Source: an uncultured Methanosarcinales archaeon
GTDB lineage: Archaea > Nanobdellota > Nanobdellia > Woesearchaeales > DATGWN01
DNA: 64,000 nucleotides
Direction: 5' to 3'
Assembly: GCA_964624275.1 (NCBI GenBank)
Contig: CAZUXP010000002.1
Span: 497-64,496 of the forward strand
Shown here piece after piece: positions 20,639-32,851 of this stretch (positions are counted from its first letter, which is position 1; every line of letters starts with the position of its first letter). The position numbers and the translations under genes were made by a program. A model generated the notes under the pieces. That model was not told the origin of the DNA, searched no databases, and saw only the letters and a program-made list of their open reading frames with translations.

Positions 20639-20712
20639 TGGACTCGCCGAGATTTGAACTCGGGACCCCCTGCTTGCAAGGCAGGTGCTCTACCGGACTG
20701 AGCTACAAGCCC
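20639..20712 (-). tRNA. tRNA-Ala (anticodon UGC) in the 16S-23S spacer
   Basis: Cloverleaf on the minus strand: GGGCUUGUAGCUCAGUCCGGUAGAGCACCUGCCUUGCAAGCAGGGGGUCCCGAGUUCAAAUCUCGGCGAGUCCA, with the G3:U70 alanine identity pair. CCA is not encoded. Confidence 0.85.
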
Positions 20713-20780
20713 GTGTGTATGAAAATGAAAAAGCATACCAGCAACATATTTGTTGTATTAATATTACTATTAATAAAAAA

Positions 20781-22252
<1,472 letters not shown>

Positions 22253-22953
22253 TTGGTAATTATCCTTATTCGCATATTATACCTAATATAATTATTTGCT
22301 GTTGTACTATCTTATTAAAAGAATTGTCGTTGAATACACATAACGTTTGTTATTGTATTACATTTGCACACATTGCATTGTCAAAATCACAATTACAATA
22401 TGTTGCCGGTATGTTTCTCGTAATTGAACATGAGTTCAGTTACACATGGTGTGTATTTGTGTTGATTTTTGGAGACGATATTCGTGATTGAATTCAATCA
22501 GAATCTGTTAACAGAAAAATAGGTTATTTATAAAGTTATTTGTTTTAAAATAGTTTTTATTTGCTGAATTCCTCATACAGAGTGGGTATTCGTATACTAG
22601 TTTCATTTAGACGAATAATAATCATATTTTATTTGTGATTAAATGATAAAATAATATTCAAATTTTTAAAAAATAAAAAACAAAATCAACTTATCTGTTT
22701 AATTTCGAATCAATGCAATAATTAATGTTAAAACTATTGCAACTGGATATGCGGGAAGTGGGAGCAATCGAAGTTCAGTCAAGACCCAAGCTATTACTAA
22801 ACACAGTAACAGTATTTGAAAACTTTTTGGTATTGAGATTGATTTTTTCTTTGTCATATATTTACTTCGATATTAAATCTTTATAAAATTATCTTATTAA
22901 ATAATAAATATAAAATGAGATGCTTGGTTCATTCGAATAATTTTTTATTATAA

Positions 22954-23300
22954 TCATCTTATTGGGATTTGATTAATAGATGATACTGCAGTACAGCCGT
23001 TATCAGTATATGAACCACTATACACACAATTATTTACCCCATCAGATGAAATATTTACCCAATAAGAATTTGAAATAGTCCCCCCATCAGCTACATTACT
23101 CACTAAACCTCCCTGCGTCACATTTACATGTATAACACTTGTATAACTATTTGAAATTTCAATATAAGCTTCACTATACCCACTAAACCACCACCAAAGC
23201 AAACATGAGCATCATCACTATGATTAATCCAGCAATTAGTTCTAGTACAAGAGCATATGTATATCCAACAAGACCCTAAAGGTTCACAAAAACCATTTCC
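22954..23300 (-). pseudogene. degraded fragment of a GLUG-repeat surface protein gene
   Basis: Three frames carry ISNSY/GGLVx pieces and a hydrophobic GLVGYTYALVLELIAGLIIVMMLMFALVVV segment. No single frame is open across the region. Confidence 0.3.
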
Positions 23301-23361
23301 TATTTTTTTAAATATATAAAAAAGCAGAAGATTTTTAAATATTGGAATTTATTTATTCCAC

Positions 23362-23901
23362 ATGGAACACATTTGTTACGATTTATTTGAAGAACTCAAA
23401 GAGCCTATGCACATAAGGGAACTTGCAAAAAGGTTAAGAACAAATCATACTACTATCATAAGAAAACTAAATGAACTGGAGAAAAAAAATGTTGTCGATT
23501 TTGAATTTGAAGGTAAAAACAAGCAATATTTCAGGAAAAAAAGCCTTGAGTCCGCATTTTTCAAAAAACAAGTAGAATACCAAAAAATATTAGATTTTAT
23601 AGAAAAAAATCCTCAATATCGACAACTAATTGAAGACATTCTAAAAAATCAGAGTATTAAATTAGCAATTATTTTTGGTTCTTATGCAAAAAATACACAA
23701 GTAAAATCAAGTGATTTAGATTTATTTATCGAAAATATTTCAAAAGACATTATAAAAAAAGTAACAATACATAATGCGAATATATCTATTAAATCAGGGA
23801 AAATCGATAAAAATTCCTTGTTAGGAAAAGAAATACACAAAAAACATATTATCATTAAAGGAGTGGATTATTATGAACAAATTTATCAAGAAATTATGTA
23901 A
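23362..23901 (+). CDS. HTH-fused minimal nucleotidyltransferase (MNT), HEPN-partner type
   Basis: N-terminal wHTH (LAKRLRTNHTTIIRKLNELEKKNVV) and an NTase motif GSYAKNTQVKSSDLDLFI. Confidence 0.7.
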   Translation: MEHICYDLFEELKEPMHIRELAKRLRTNHTTIIRKLNELEKKNVVDFEFEGKNKQYFRKKSLESAFFKKQVEYQKILDFIEKNPQYRQLIEDILKNQSIKLAIIFGSYAKNTQVKSSDLDLFIENISKDIIKKVTIHNANISIKSGKIDKNSLLGKEIHKKHIIIKGVDYYEQIYQEIM

Positions 23902-24340
23902 AGAACAAACGATTAAAATTACAGAACCAAGTATTGAAGTTTGTGAATCATATCAAAAAAAATCTAAGAAATCGCTTTTATCAGCAAGAGCACTTATTGA
24001 TATTGAAAACTTTGACGATGCAACCGCTCTCACATATTACTCCATGTATTACATGGCTCTTGGTTTATTATATAAAACAGGAATTAAATCTGAAAATCAT
24101 ATGGGAACAATTTTACTTCTTGAAAATTTGTTTGACATAAATATTGAAATTATCAAACAAGCAAAAAAAGATCGTGTTGATAAACAATACTATACTGATT
24201 TTGAAGCAACAAAACAAGATGTTGAAGAAGGAATTGAAATTGCACAAGAATTTAATGCAAAAATTAAAAACATTATTGATACCAGTAAACAAATTGAATT
24301 AGAAAAGAAAAAAATACATTTTGAAAACGCTTATTTTTAG
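23873..24340 (+). CDS. HEPN-domain protein (partner of the upstream MNT)
   Basis: Overlaps the MNT gene by 29 nt. All-helical ~155 aa with a HEPN-like ...SENHMGT... motif region. Confidence 0.55.
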   Translation: MNKFIKKLCKEQTIKITEPSIEVCESYQKKSKKSLLSARALIDIENFDDATALTYYSMYYMALGLLYKTGIKSENHMGTILLLENLFDINIEIIKQAKKDRVDKQYYTDFEATKQDVEEGIEIAQEFNAKIKNIIDTSKQIELEKKKIHFENAYF

Positions 24341-24465
24341 GTAGAATCGTATAAAATTTTCTTTTTGAGAAAGAAATTATGATTTAGTCTCTTTAGAAGA
24401 CTTCTTTATTGTATTTATCATAATGAAAAAATCTTTATCTTAAATGAATGATTTTGTTATTAGAG

Positions 24466-25965
24466 TTACCTCGCTTCGCACCCACTTGGATTCGTTCCAC
24501 TTGGAGCTGGATTGCTATCACCTACACAAGCACCAGGATCTCCACTTGAATGATTTACCCAAGTGTTTGTGCCGGTGAGTGTTGCACCACCGCCTGTTCC
24601 AATTAATCCGCCACAATATGTTCCAGTGCACGTAATTTGACTAGTTGTGTAACTATTTGAAATATCATCATGTGTATACCCAACCAAACCACCAACTTCA
24701 GCTCCACTTCCACTCACTGAACCAGTTGCATAACTGTTAGCAATGTCAGCAGAAAGACCAACAAGACCACCAACTCTATTTCCACTTCCACTCACTGAAC
24801 CAGTTGCATAACTATTTAAAATAGTACCACTCTGTGTAGAACCAACAAGACCACCGACTATATCCTCGCCAGTCACTGAATTAGTAGCATAACTATTTGA
24901 AATATCATCATACCCATACCCAACCAAACCACCAACTCCCTCTCCACTTCCACTCACAGAACCAGTAGCATAACTGTTGGAAATAGGATCCCATGTCCGC
25001 CCAACAAGACCACCAACTCCCTTTCCACTTCCACTCACTGAACCAGAAGCATAACTGTTAGCAATGTCAGCAGAATTAGAACCAACAAGACCACCGACAT
25101 AAGTTGAACCAGTTATGTCAACATCAACAACACCGATATCATAAATATTTGAACCTGAATCAGCATATCCAAACAATCCTTGATAATCATCTGATTCTCT
25201 ATCAATAAATAAATTTGCAATAACAAACTCTCCGCCATCAAAAGTGCCTTCAAAAAGATCAGCCCAATCTGTTCCTATCGGCTCCCAACCACCTTCACCA
25301 TTACTTTCAGTAAAATCAACGCCAAACTCTGCTAAACACCGATTAAAATCAATGGAATTTTGCATCGTATGATTTTCATCTAAATTATCCCTAGTTTTAT
25401 TCAAATCAACACAAGTACAAATCGGAATCGGATTAACTGAATCATCATGACAACCATCAATAGAGTCATTCCAATAATTATTGGATTGTATCGTATTCAA
25501 ATACTTATTCGAAACAGAACCAACCAATAACACATCATCGCCTTCTTGGCTATATGAAGCATCATTTGAAATATCAGTCCAATTTATTTGAATCGGCCAT
25601 GAAATAGTATCTGATTCTAATTCATAGACATTCTGACAAGTAATTTCCAAAGAACGTCCCGAACGTATCTGATGACGAGTTCCATAAAAAAATAAACATT
25701 GTTCGCCATTTATACTCATCGTATCAATTCGAACAGTATTTGGATGATTATTAGTTAACGTAAACACTGTATCATAATCAGACACCGCATAATCACTAAT
25801 CCCAATTGTTTGGGTTTGCAATATAAGTCGAGCTTGTTGTTCAGAAATACCTGAACCAAGTCCTGGAATACCACCTAAGACATTAACAACAATTAAGGCA
25901 ATAATAATTACAACAGCAGTAATAATCAAATATTCAGTTGCTGTTTGGGATTTGAGAGGTTTCAT
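24466..25965 (-). CDS. archaeal class-III (type IV pilin-like) signal-peptide protein with GLUG repeats
   Basis: N-terminus MKPLKS/QTATEYLIITAVVIIIALIVV is the prepilin motif (K-S|Q-T-A-x-E-Y-L + hydrophobic). Its C-terminal half has about 7 tandem ~20-aa units NSYATGSVSGSGxGVGGLVG (GLUG motif). Confidence 0.7.
   Translation of the reverse strand: MKPLKSQTATEYLIITAVVIIIALIVVNVLGGIPGLGSGISEQQARLILQTQTIGISDYAVSDYDTVFTLTNNHPNTVRIDTMSINGEQCLFFYGTRHQIRSGRSLEITCQNVYELESDTISWPIQINWTDISNDASYSQEGDDVLLVGSVSNKYLNTIQSNNYWNDSIDGCHDDSVNPIPICTCVDLNKTRDNLDENHTMQNSIDFNRCLAEFGVDFTESNGEGGWEPIGTDWADLFEGTFDGGEFVIANLFIDRESDDYQGLFGYADSGSNIYDIGVVDVDITGSTYVGGLVGSNSADIANSYASGSVSGSGKGVGGLVGRTWDPISNSYATGSVSGSGEGVGGLVGYGYDDISNSYATNSVTGEDIVGGLVGSTQSGTILNSYATGSVSGSGNRVGGLVGLSADIANSYATGSVSGSGAEVGGLVGYTHDDISNSYTTSQITCTGTYCGGLIGTGGGATLTGTNTWVNHSSGDPGACVGDSNPAPSGTNPSGCEAR
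24700..25160 (-). repeat. tandem ~60-bp coding repeats (GLUG units) inside the pilin-like gene
   Basis: Repeated ...ccaccaactccctctccacttccactcac(a/t)gaaccagt(a/t)gcataactgtt... units. Confidence 0.6.
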
Positions 25966-26099
25966 TTTTAACCTCCAAAAGAAATAATTAATTCAGTATG
26001 TGGTATCATAAAATAAACTTATTTTTTTATTCTTTTTAAATATATTGTTTTGATAAAACCATATTGAAAAAATCACGTAACTAATTCTTACATCAATTT

Positions 26100-27797
26100 C
26101 TACATCCGTCTTGGCGCTTGAATCCCAAGCAATTCTAATCCATTTCGCAATACCTGTCCAACACTCTCTATTAAAACTAATCGAGCATTTGTTATAGATT
26201 CATCATCAGTTAAGACTTTATGTTTTTGATAATAATCATTAAACATCTGCGCCAAATCATATACATATCGCGCAATAATATGTGGTTTATAATTCTGTAC
26301 AGAGTTTTGCACAATATCTCCAAACTCAGATAAATGATTAAGTAAAAATCGATCTTCAACCGCATTTAATTTCGTAAAATCAACAGAATCAAAAACTGGT
26401 TTTTGTTTATCTAATATCGAACAAATCCGAGCATGTGTGTATTGGATATACGGACCACTTTCCCCTTGAAAATCTAACACTGCATCCCATTCAAAATTCA
26501 CGTCTTTCACTCGATCGTTTTTCATATCAAAAAATACTATCGCACCAACACCAATTGCTTTTGCCGTTAGTTCGAACTCATCTGACTCAGCCAATACAGG
26601 ATTTTTTTCTTGAATAATCTCGCGAACCTTTTGAACAGATTGATTCAACACATCTTCCATTAAAATAATATTACCTTTTCGAGTCGAAAATTTTTGATCT
26701 TTAAAGCGATAAAACCCGTGATCAATGTGTGTTATTTTATCTGCCCACTCATATCCCAGTAGTTTTAATGTTGCAATTACTTGTTGAAAATGTAATTTTT
26801 GTTCAGCTCCAACTTCATAGAGTAAATAATCTGCACCAAACGAATTAACTCGATCAATTGCTGAGGTTATATCACGCAAAGCATATGTTGACGCACCATT
26901 TGATTTTACAATAATAATGGGTGGTAATTTGATATCAAAATCGGCAAAATCAATTATTTTTGCACCTTCACTTTCTTTAAGTAGATTTTTTTCTTCAAGT
27001 TGACTAATAATAGGTTGCATTTTATCGTTATAGTATGCCTCACCTCGCACTTCATCAAATGATACTTGTAATAAATCATATGTTTCATCAAATTTATCCA
27101 AACTTAATTTTCGAAATTCTTCCCATAATGCTAAATATTCTTTATTCCTATCTTCTAATTCAGAAAATATTTTTCGTGCTTCATCATTTAGCGAATCATT
27201 TGTTGTTGCCTCTTCATGAAATCGCACATATAAATCTAACAAATACGCAACTGGATCTTTTTGGAGTTCTTCACGATTGCCCCACGTTTTGTAAGCATAA
27301 ATGACTTTTCCAAACTGTGTTCCCCAATCACCAATATAATTAAGTCCAACTACATTATGACCTAAAAAAGAAAGTAGGTTTTTAATCGTATTTCCAATGA
27401 CCGTACTTCGTAAATGTCCGATTCCAAATGGTTTTGCAATATTTGGAGCTGAATAATCAATCACAAAAGTTTGAGGAGTTTCTTGAATTTGAGATCCATA
27501 TGTATCTTTTCGCGTGTGAATGTGAGTTAATACATCCTGTGCAACTTTTGATTGATCTAAAAAAAAGTTTACATAGGGACCAACTGCTTTAGCTTTTGAA
27601 ATTACAGAACTCCCTTCAAGTTTGGTTGCACACGACTTTGCAAACTCAACTGGGTTTTGACCCTTTGCAAGCTGAAAAACAGGCAATGCATAATCACCAA
27701 ATGATTTTTCCTTGGGTTTTGTTACTAATTGCTGAATTAAAATTTCGTCAACTGCAAGTTTTTCTGCAATAAATTTCACAATTTTTTGAATATCCAT
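26100..27797 (-). CDS. argS: arginine--tRNA ligase
   Basis: Class I region PNIAKPFGIGHLRSTVIGN and the C-terminal anticodon-binding domain ending ...APRRM. 565 aa. Confidence 0.9.
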   Translation of the reverse strand: MDIQKIVKFIAEKLAVDEILIQQLVTKPKEKSFGDYALPVFQLAKGQNPVEFAKSCATKLEGSSVISKAKAVGPYVNFFLDQSKVAQDVLTHIHTRKDTYGSQIQETPQTFVIDYSAPNIAKPFGIGHLRSTVIGNTIKNLLSFLGHNVVGLNYIGDWGTQFGKVIYAYKTWGNREELQKDPVAYLLDLYVRFHEEATTNDSLNDEARKIFSELEDRNKEYLALWEEFRKLSLDKFDETYDLLQVSFDEVRGEAYYNDKMQPIISQLEEKNLLKESEGAKIIDFADFDIKLPPIIIVKSNGASTYALRDITSAIDRVNSFGADYLLYEVGAEQKLHFQQVIATLKLLGYEWADKITHIDHGFYRFKDQKFSTRKGNIILMEDVLNQSVQKVREIIQEKNPVLAESDEFELTAKAIGVGAIVFFDMKNDRVKDVNFEWDAVLDFQGESGPYIQYTHARICSILDKQKPVFDSVDFTKLNAVEDRFLLNHLSEFGDIVQNSVQNYKPHIIARYVYDLAQMFNDYYQKHKVLTDDESITNARLVLIESVGQVLRNGLELLGIQAPRRM

Positions 27798-28199
27798 AGT
27801 ATTTCATTTCTTATTTGACTTTATTAGCGTTACGGTTTTCAAAAAAACGACATATTTATATATTAGTATAGTTAAATGTATATTGGGTGACTCATGCATA
27901 TATCAAGATATAAGCACATAAAAGTACGAAAACAAATATATAATCCACTCATGCAATATAAATTTTACACGATGCAAGGATTATTAATACTCTATAATCT
28001 TATTTTACTTAAAAATCCAATTGCTTTTTTTGATAATGCAACTATTTTCACTCAAACAAATCGTAAACAAAAACCATCTGTCAGTATTATAACCAAAAAT
28101 GATCAAGAAGTAATCATCCCTTTACACACAATATCAAATAAAAATACAATCTCATATAAAACACAAAACTATAAGAATACGAAGTTATTATAATATCAT

Positions 28200-29285
28200 A
28201 TGGAAAATAAAAAAGAACAGTTAGAAACACCATCTGTTTTTGTTGGAAAATTTGGATATCCTAATATTTCTGTCGGGTTTTTAAATACAAAAAAAGACAA
28301 TCATCATGACAATCCTAGATTTTGGGCAAAACATAATTACTCAATCCCAAACGTTTTACAACTTCGAAAAGAACTTATTCACACACCATTTCAAACATCA
28401 GTCACTGAACGATTTGATTCACGTATTGAACTTGCAAAAACGATTGCAATGGCACAAAAAAGTGCAGATGTGCAAATTACCTATGAACTTTTAAAATCTG
28501 AAAAACTCAAATCACAAGGTGAAGCAATTCCGTATGGCCCAACTGCCAAACTCCAGTCAATTCAGGCAGTTGAAAATATTAAAACAGATAAGCGAATGGA
28601 ACAATTATTCCACGATATAGATTCAAGTGCAAAAACTGCAATTCACGAATTATACAAAAAAGGTGTTGATGAACATCATATCTCTAAACTACTTAGTGTC
28701 GGTTGTTTAGGCCGAGGACGAACACGAAAACTCGTACCAACTCGCTGGTCAATTACGGCAACAGATGACACGCTATCTCAAACATTACAAGAAAAAATTA
28801 TTGGAACAGATACGCATCCTTTTACATCATTTAGTGCAGATTATCTCGGCAACCATTTTTTGATTTTATTCTTTGAAGGTCCATTTATGTTTCATTTTAT
28901 CGAAATTCTGCCTGATAAAACACTAAAAGATGATTTTGAATTAACATTGGGTCGAACAAAATACGCACAAAATACAGCGGGTGGCTATTATGCAGCACGC
29001 GTTGCGATTTTAGAACATTTGGCACTCAAAAAAAGAACTGCATCTGTTGTGTGTATTAGATTTATCACAGACGAATATTATTTATCCCTCGGTGTTTGGG
29101 TTGTTCGTGAAGCGGTTAAAAAAACATTGCTAGAAAAACCACTTGAATTTTCAGATTCACAATTACTAAAAGTTTATATTGAAAAATTTTGTCAAAAAAA
29201 ACATTCTGTTTCACTAAAAAATATTCTTGATACATCACCCGTTTTAGAAGTTTTACAAAACCAAAAAAGTTTGTTTGATTTTTAA
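28200..29285 (+). CDS. conserved hypothetical protein, possibly Nre-family (archaeal DNA-repair-associated)
   Basis: N-terminal PSVFVGKFGYPNISVGFL resembles the Nre N-domain; no zinc ribbon precedes it. Confidence 0.3.
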   Translation: MENKKEQLETPSVFVGKFGYPNISVGFLNTKKDNHHDNPRFWAKHNYSIPNVLQLRKELIHTPFQTSVTERFDSRIELAKTIAMAQKSADVQITYELLKSEKLKSQGEAIPYGPTAKLQSIQAVENIKTDKRMEQLFHDIDSSAKTAIHELYKKGVDEHHISKLLSVGCLGRGRTRKLVPTRWSITATDDTLSQTLQEKIIGTDTHPFTSFSADYLGNHFLILFFEGPFMFHFIEILPDKTLKDDFELTLGRTKYAQNTAGGYYAARVAILEHLALKKRTASVVCIRFITDEYYLSLGVWVVREAVKKTLLEKPLEFSDSQLLKVYIEKFCQKKHSVSLKNILDTSPVLEVLQNQKSLFDF

Positions 29286-29348
29286 AATAAATAATTATTC
29301 TACTCTATAGGAACATTTAAGAAGAAATGAAAATTTCACCAAAAATTA

Positions 29349-29963
29349 ATGAAAAACATATATCAATATGAATACTGGGTTTATAATCATCGATTTCAAG
29401 GTACAACTATAATTCCTTTAGGAGTTAAAACTATTCAAATTACACCCGTATATGAATCAATTGCAGAAAAAATACAGAATACCATTCCAACTGATGAAGG
29501 CGATTTAGCAGAAAATGTTTTAGATATTAATATGAATTTACGTCAAAGTCTGCCATTTTTATACGAAGATAATATTCATGAATTTCTAATTACATTTGAT
29601 GATGAAGAAGATGAAAAAATAAAACACTATCTACGTTTTGAAAATAAACCAAAAACATTATATGATTTAACAAAAGAACAAGATATGACTTGTGTAGAAC
29701 AAACACTTGCAATAAAAGAAACAGCACTTTTTGATTGGCAAATATATCTCAAAAGAAAATCCGTGCAAGGACATACACACAAACATATTTTTCTGGCAAA
29801 AGAAATAAGACCAGACTATATGACTATCATTGATCCTAGTCGAAGTATTGACTCATTGGATGAATCGTTGTTTACTGTTAAAAAAGATACGTTTTTGCAA
29901 AAATATAAACCTGTAGACTATAAAACTAATCCAAACCCAAAACTTCCTTCTGCCACTTCTTGA
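29349..29963 (+). CDS. hypothetical protein
   Basis: 204-aa ORF with no recognisable motif; 38-nt convergent overlap with the next gene. Confidence 0.4.
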   Translation: MKNIYQYEYWVYNHRFQGTTIIPLGVKTIQITPVYESIAEKIQNTIPTDEGDLAENVLDINMNLRQSLPFLYEDNIHEFLITFDDEEDEKIKHYLRFENKPKTLYDLTKEQDMTCVEQTLAIKETALFDWQIYLKRKSVQGHTHKHIFLAKEIRPDYMTIIDPSRSIDSLDESLFTVKKDTFLQKYKPVDYKTNPNPKLPSATS

Positions 29964-30990
29964 GACTCTGTTTTTGCGTAATATACTGAATAAGTTGATC
30001 TTTTGTTACAAGTATATGCTGATTAATTTGAAGCGTTTTTGCTTGTACATCTCGTTTTTGTAATAACACATCAAGTTTATCTTTTTGTGATTGATTCAAT
30101 CGTAATCGTTTTGCCTTTTCAATGTGAATCGGGTTTTGTAAACCTTTTTGAATTGCGGATGCAAATGTTTGAGCTTCTTTTCGTACAACTGGATGCACAC
30201 CTTTTAATTTTGCAAAATATTCTTTAGATGGTTTTGTTATTGCTAATTCAAACAATAATTTATTGTTTAACACAAAATGTACTGGTCTATTTACCTGTTT
30301 TGCAAGTTTTTCGCGAACAAGATACAATTCCTTAAATACCCCAATTTCATCTGATCGTAATTTATGAATGCCTTTCACATCAAGAAATTCAGGGATTTTA
30401 TGTACAAATTCTCTTTGTTCAATTGCAAAAAACTCTTCTTGAGCCCAAGATAATCGATTTTTTTCTGCAAGCGCTTTAATAAACTCATCATATAACCGAA
30501 TCAAATATGCCGTGTCGATTATTGCGTATGAAATCATTTCAGAATTAATCGGTCTTTTAGTCCAATCTGCCTTTTGAAACTTTTTTTGTTTTTGCACATC
30601 GAAATATTCAGCTAATAATGATCCTAAACCAAGTTCTTTTTTTCCAAGAAGTTGTGCGGCAACCTTTGTATCAAAAATATTTTGCGGTCGAATTTGAAAC
30701 TCAAAATTTAAAATACGAAAATCAAAATCTACATCATGAAATATTTTAACGATTTGTTTGTTAGTTAACACATATAGCAATGGCTTAAGATTAACCTTTT
30801 TTTTTCGTAATTCTAACACATCAATAACCCAATTTTGCTCTTTTGAGGATATTTGAATAATCGATAAATATGAACCATAGTAATGCAAATTATTCTCGCA
30901 TTCTAAGTCTATTGCTAAGATATTCTTTGTTTGTATCACTGAAACTGTTTGGGTAAATAACTCTTGAGTATCGACTAATATAAAATCCAT
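29926..30990 (-). CDS. DEDDy 3'-5' exonuclease with HRDC domain (RNase D / Rrp6-like)
   Basis: Exo I LAIDLECEN, Exo II KIFHDVDFD, Exo III YAIIDTAYL, then an HRDC-like helical domain. The start is placed at the internal Met (MDFILVD), because the longer ORF overlaps the divergent neighbour. Confidence 0.7.
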   Translation of the reverse strand: MDFILVDTQELFTQTVSVIQTKNILAIDLECENNLHYYGSYLSIIQISSKEQNWVIDVLELRKKKVNLKPLLYVLTNKQIVKIFHDVDFDFRILNFEFQIRPQNIFDTKVAAQLLGKKELGLGSLLAEYFDVQKQKKFQKADWTKRPINSEMISYAIIDTAYLIRLYDEFIKALAEKNRLSWAQEEFFAIEQREFVHKIPEFLDVKGIHKLRSDEIGVFKELYLVREKLAKQVNRPVHFVLNNKLLFELAITKPSKEYFAKLKGVHPVVRKEAQTFASAIQKGLQNPIHIEKAKRLRLNQSQKDKLDVLLQKRDVQAKTLQINQHILVTKDQLIQYITQKQSLKKWQKEVLGLD

Positions 30991-31070
30991 GACAAGATTA
31001 AAAACCCAGTCATATATAAATTTGTGGTTTCCAAACCTTTTAATACTCAAAGAAATTACTAAAACAAAAT

Positions 31071-31637
31071 ATGAACATAATCTTAATACGACACGGACAA
31101 AGTGAAGGGAATAAATCAAAAATTTGGCAGGGATATCGACCAAGTTCTTTAACAAAAAAGGGTAGAAAACAGGCAAAAAAAGTTGCTGAATATGTGCAAA
31201 ATGAGAAAATCGATTACATCTATTCCAGTGATTTAAAACGAGCTTTAGAGACTGCAGAAATTATTGCAGAAAAATTTCCAAATATTTCTTTTGATACAAA
31301 CCCATTACTTCGCGAAGCCTATTTAGGAGAATTAGAAGGACAACCACACAGCGTACTACCTGATTGGGATATTAATCCACCCAATGGTTCTGAAACTTTT
31401 GATATACTCTGTAAACGAGCGAAAATTTTGCTTGAATATTTATATTTTAAACATCCACATGATTCATTGATTTTAGTTGCACACGGTGGTATAAATAAAG
31501 CTATTATTGAAACCTGTAAAGGTTTGAATGTGTATGATAAAACGTATGAGCAGAAAAATTGTTGCGTAAATCGAATTGTATTTAACGGGTTTGATAATGC
31601 ACAAGTGTTATCTGTGAATGAATGTGATTATTTGTGA
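31071..31637 (+). CDS. histidine phosphatase family protein (phosphoglycerate mutase-like)
   Basis: N-terminal RHGQSEGN catalytic motif and a distal H in LVAHGG. Confidence 0.8.
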   Translation: MNIILIRHGQSEGNKSKIWQGYRPSSLTKKGRKQAKKVAEYVQNEKIDYIYSSDLKRALETAEIIAEKFPNISFDTNPLLREAYLGELEGQPHSVLPDWDINPPNGSETFDILCKRAKILLEYLYFKHPHDSLILVAHGGINKAIIETCKGLNVYDKTYEQKNCCVNRIVFNGFDNAQVLSVNECDYL

Positions 31638-31927
31638 GTCAATACGAGATAACTTTCAACTCAGGTATAATACCAAAATGCTTTTGATATTTTGTGATGA
31701 TTCTCCCACTAGTATGACAAATCGAACAGTTTGCAATAATGCAATCATTTTTTGCGTACTCTCCTCAGAAATATTTCCTGCAATAAAAACTTATAATTCT
31801 CTTCCTTGATTTTAATTGATTTGTAAGCCATACTACTTAGTTGAAAAAGTAACTTCGTATATTTTTCTATAGTTGTATATATAGTATTATCTATTCAACT
31901 TAAAAATAAGAATAACAAACAACCCAA

Positions 31928-32827
31928 TCACATATTTTTCAACAATGCAATTCGTTCTTTAATCGGTGGATGAGTTGAAAACATCTTAGAAAAAAAACTT
32001 TTTGTTTTTGGAGTTGAGATAAACATATGTTCATTTGCAGATGATGCTTGTGCAAAATTATGCGAATCACCGCTTATTTTTTCTAATGCACGAGCCAATG
32101 CCGGCGGATTCCGAGTAAGTCGTGCACCTTCGGCATCTGCAACATATTCACGTTTTCGACTAATTGCAAGTTTAATTGCATACGCAACAAAAGGCGCTAA
32201 AATTGCTAGTAGAATACCAACAATTAATAAAATAAGCATCATACGACCATCGCTCCCACTACGACGATTACTACCACCAAAAATTGCAACTCGAAAAATA
32301 AAATCTGATAAAATAATCACAATACCAACTAAAATGCCTGCTATAAGCATTGTTCGAATATCATAATTTTTAATATGTGCAACTTCGTGTGCAACAACGC
32401 CTTCTAACTCTTCACGATTTAATTTTTCAAGTAAACCTTTTGTTACTGTTACTGCCGCATGACTTGGATCTCTCCCTGTTGCAAAAGCGTTTAATGCAGG
32501 TGTATCAATAATATATGCTTTTGGTGTCGGAATACCAGCAGCAATTGCCAACCCTTCAACAGTATTAACGTAATAAGGATAATCAGATTTTTTTACTTCT
32601 TTTGCACCCATCAGTTTAAGAATCATTTGGCTTCCAAAAAAATATGCAACAACTGAATACATACTTGCTATAATAAGTGTGATAATTAAACCAACATAAA
32701 TATTATCAAAGTAAAATCCAACAAGCCAACCAAGACCTAATATCAAAACAAAAAATAATATGAATAAAAGTGCAGTCTTAAAATTATTTCTTCGAATTTG
32801 GCTGTAAAAATTGGTTTTTTGGCTCAT
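31928..32827 (-). CDS. htpX: M48 zinc metalloprotease HtpX homolog
   Basis: Four TM helices and HEVAHIKNYD (HExxH). Confidence 0.85.
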   Translation of the reverse strand: MSQKTNFYSQIRRNNFKTALLFILFFVLILGLGWLVGFYFDNIYVGLIITLIIASMYSVVAYFFGSQMILKLMGAKEVKKSDYPYYVNTVEGLAIAAGIPTPKAYIIDTPALNAFATGRDPSHAAVTVTKGLLEKLNREELEGVVAHEVAHIKNYDIRTMLIAGILVGIVIILSDFIFRVAIFGGSNRRSGSDGRMMLILLIVGILLAILAPFVAYAIKLAISRKREYVADAEGARLTRNPPALARALEKISGDSHNFAQASSANEHMFISTPKTKSFFSKMFSTHPPIKERIALLKNM

Positions 32828-32851
32828 CTTTTTTTAAAATAAAAAGAGTCT

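Noticed and set aside
22700-22860. 52-aa hydrophobic ORF upstream of the 16S rRNA (minus strand)
   Set aside because: Lies in the very AT-rich rRNA leader or promoter region. No motif, and it could be chance.
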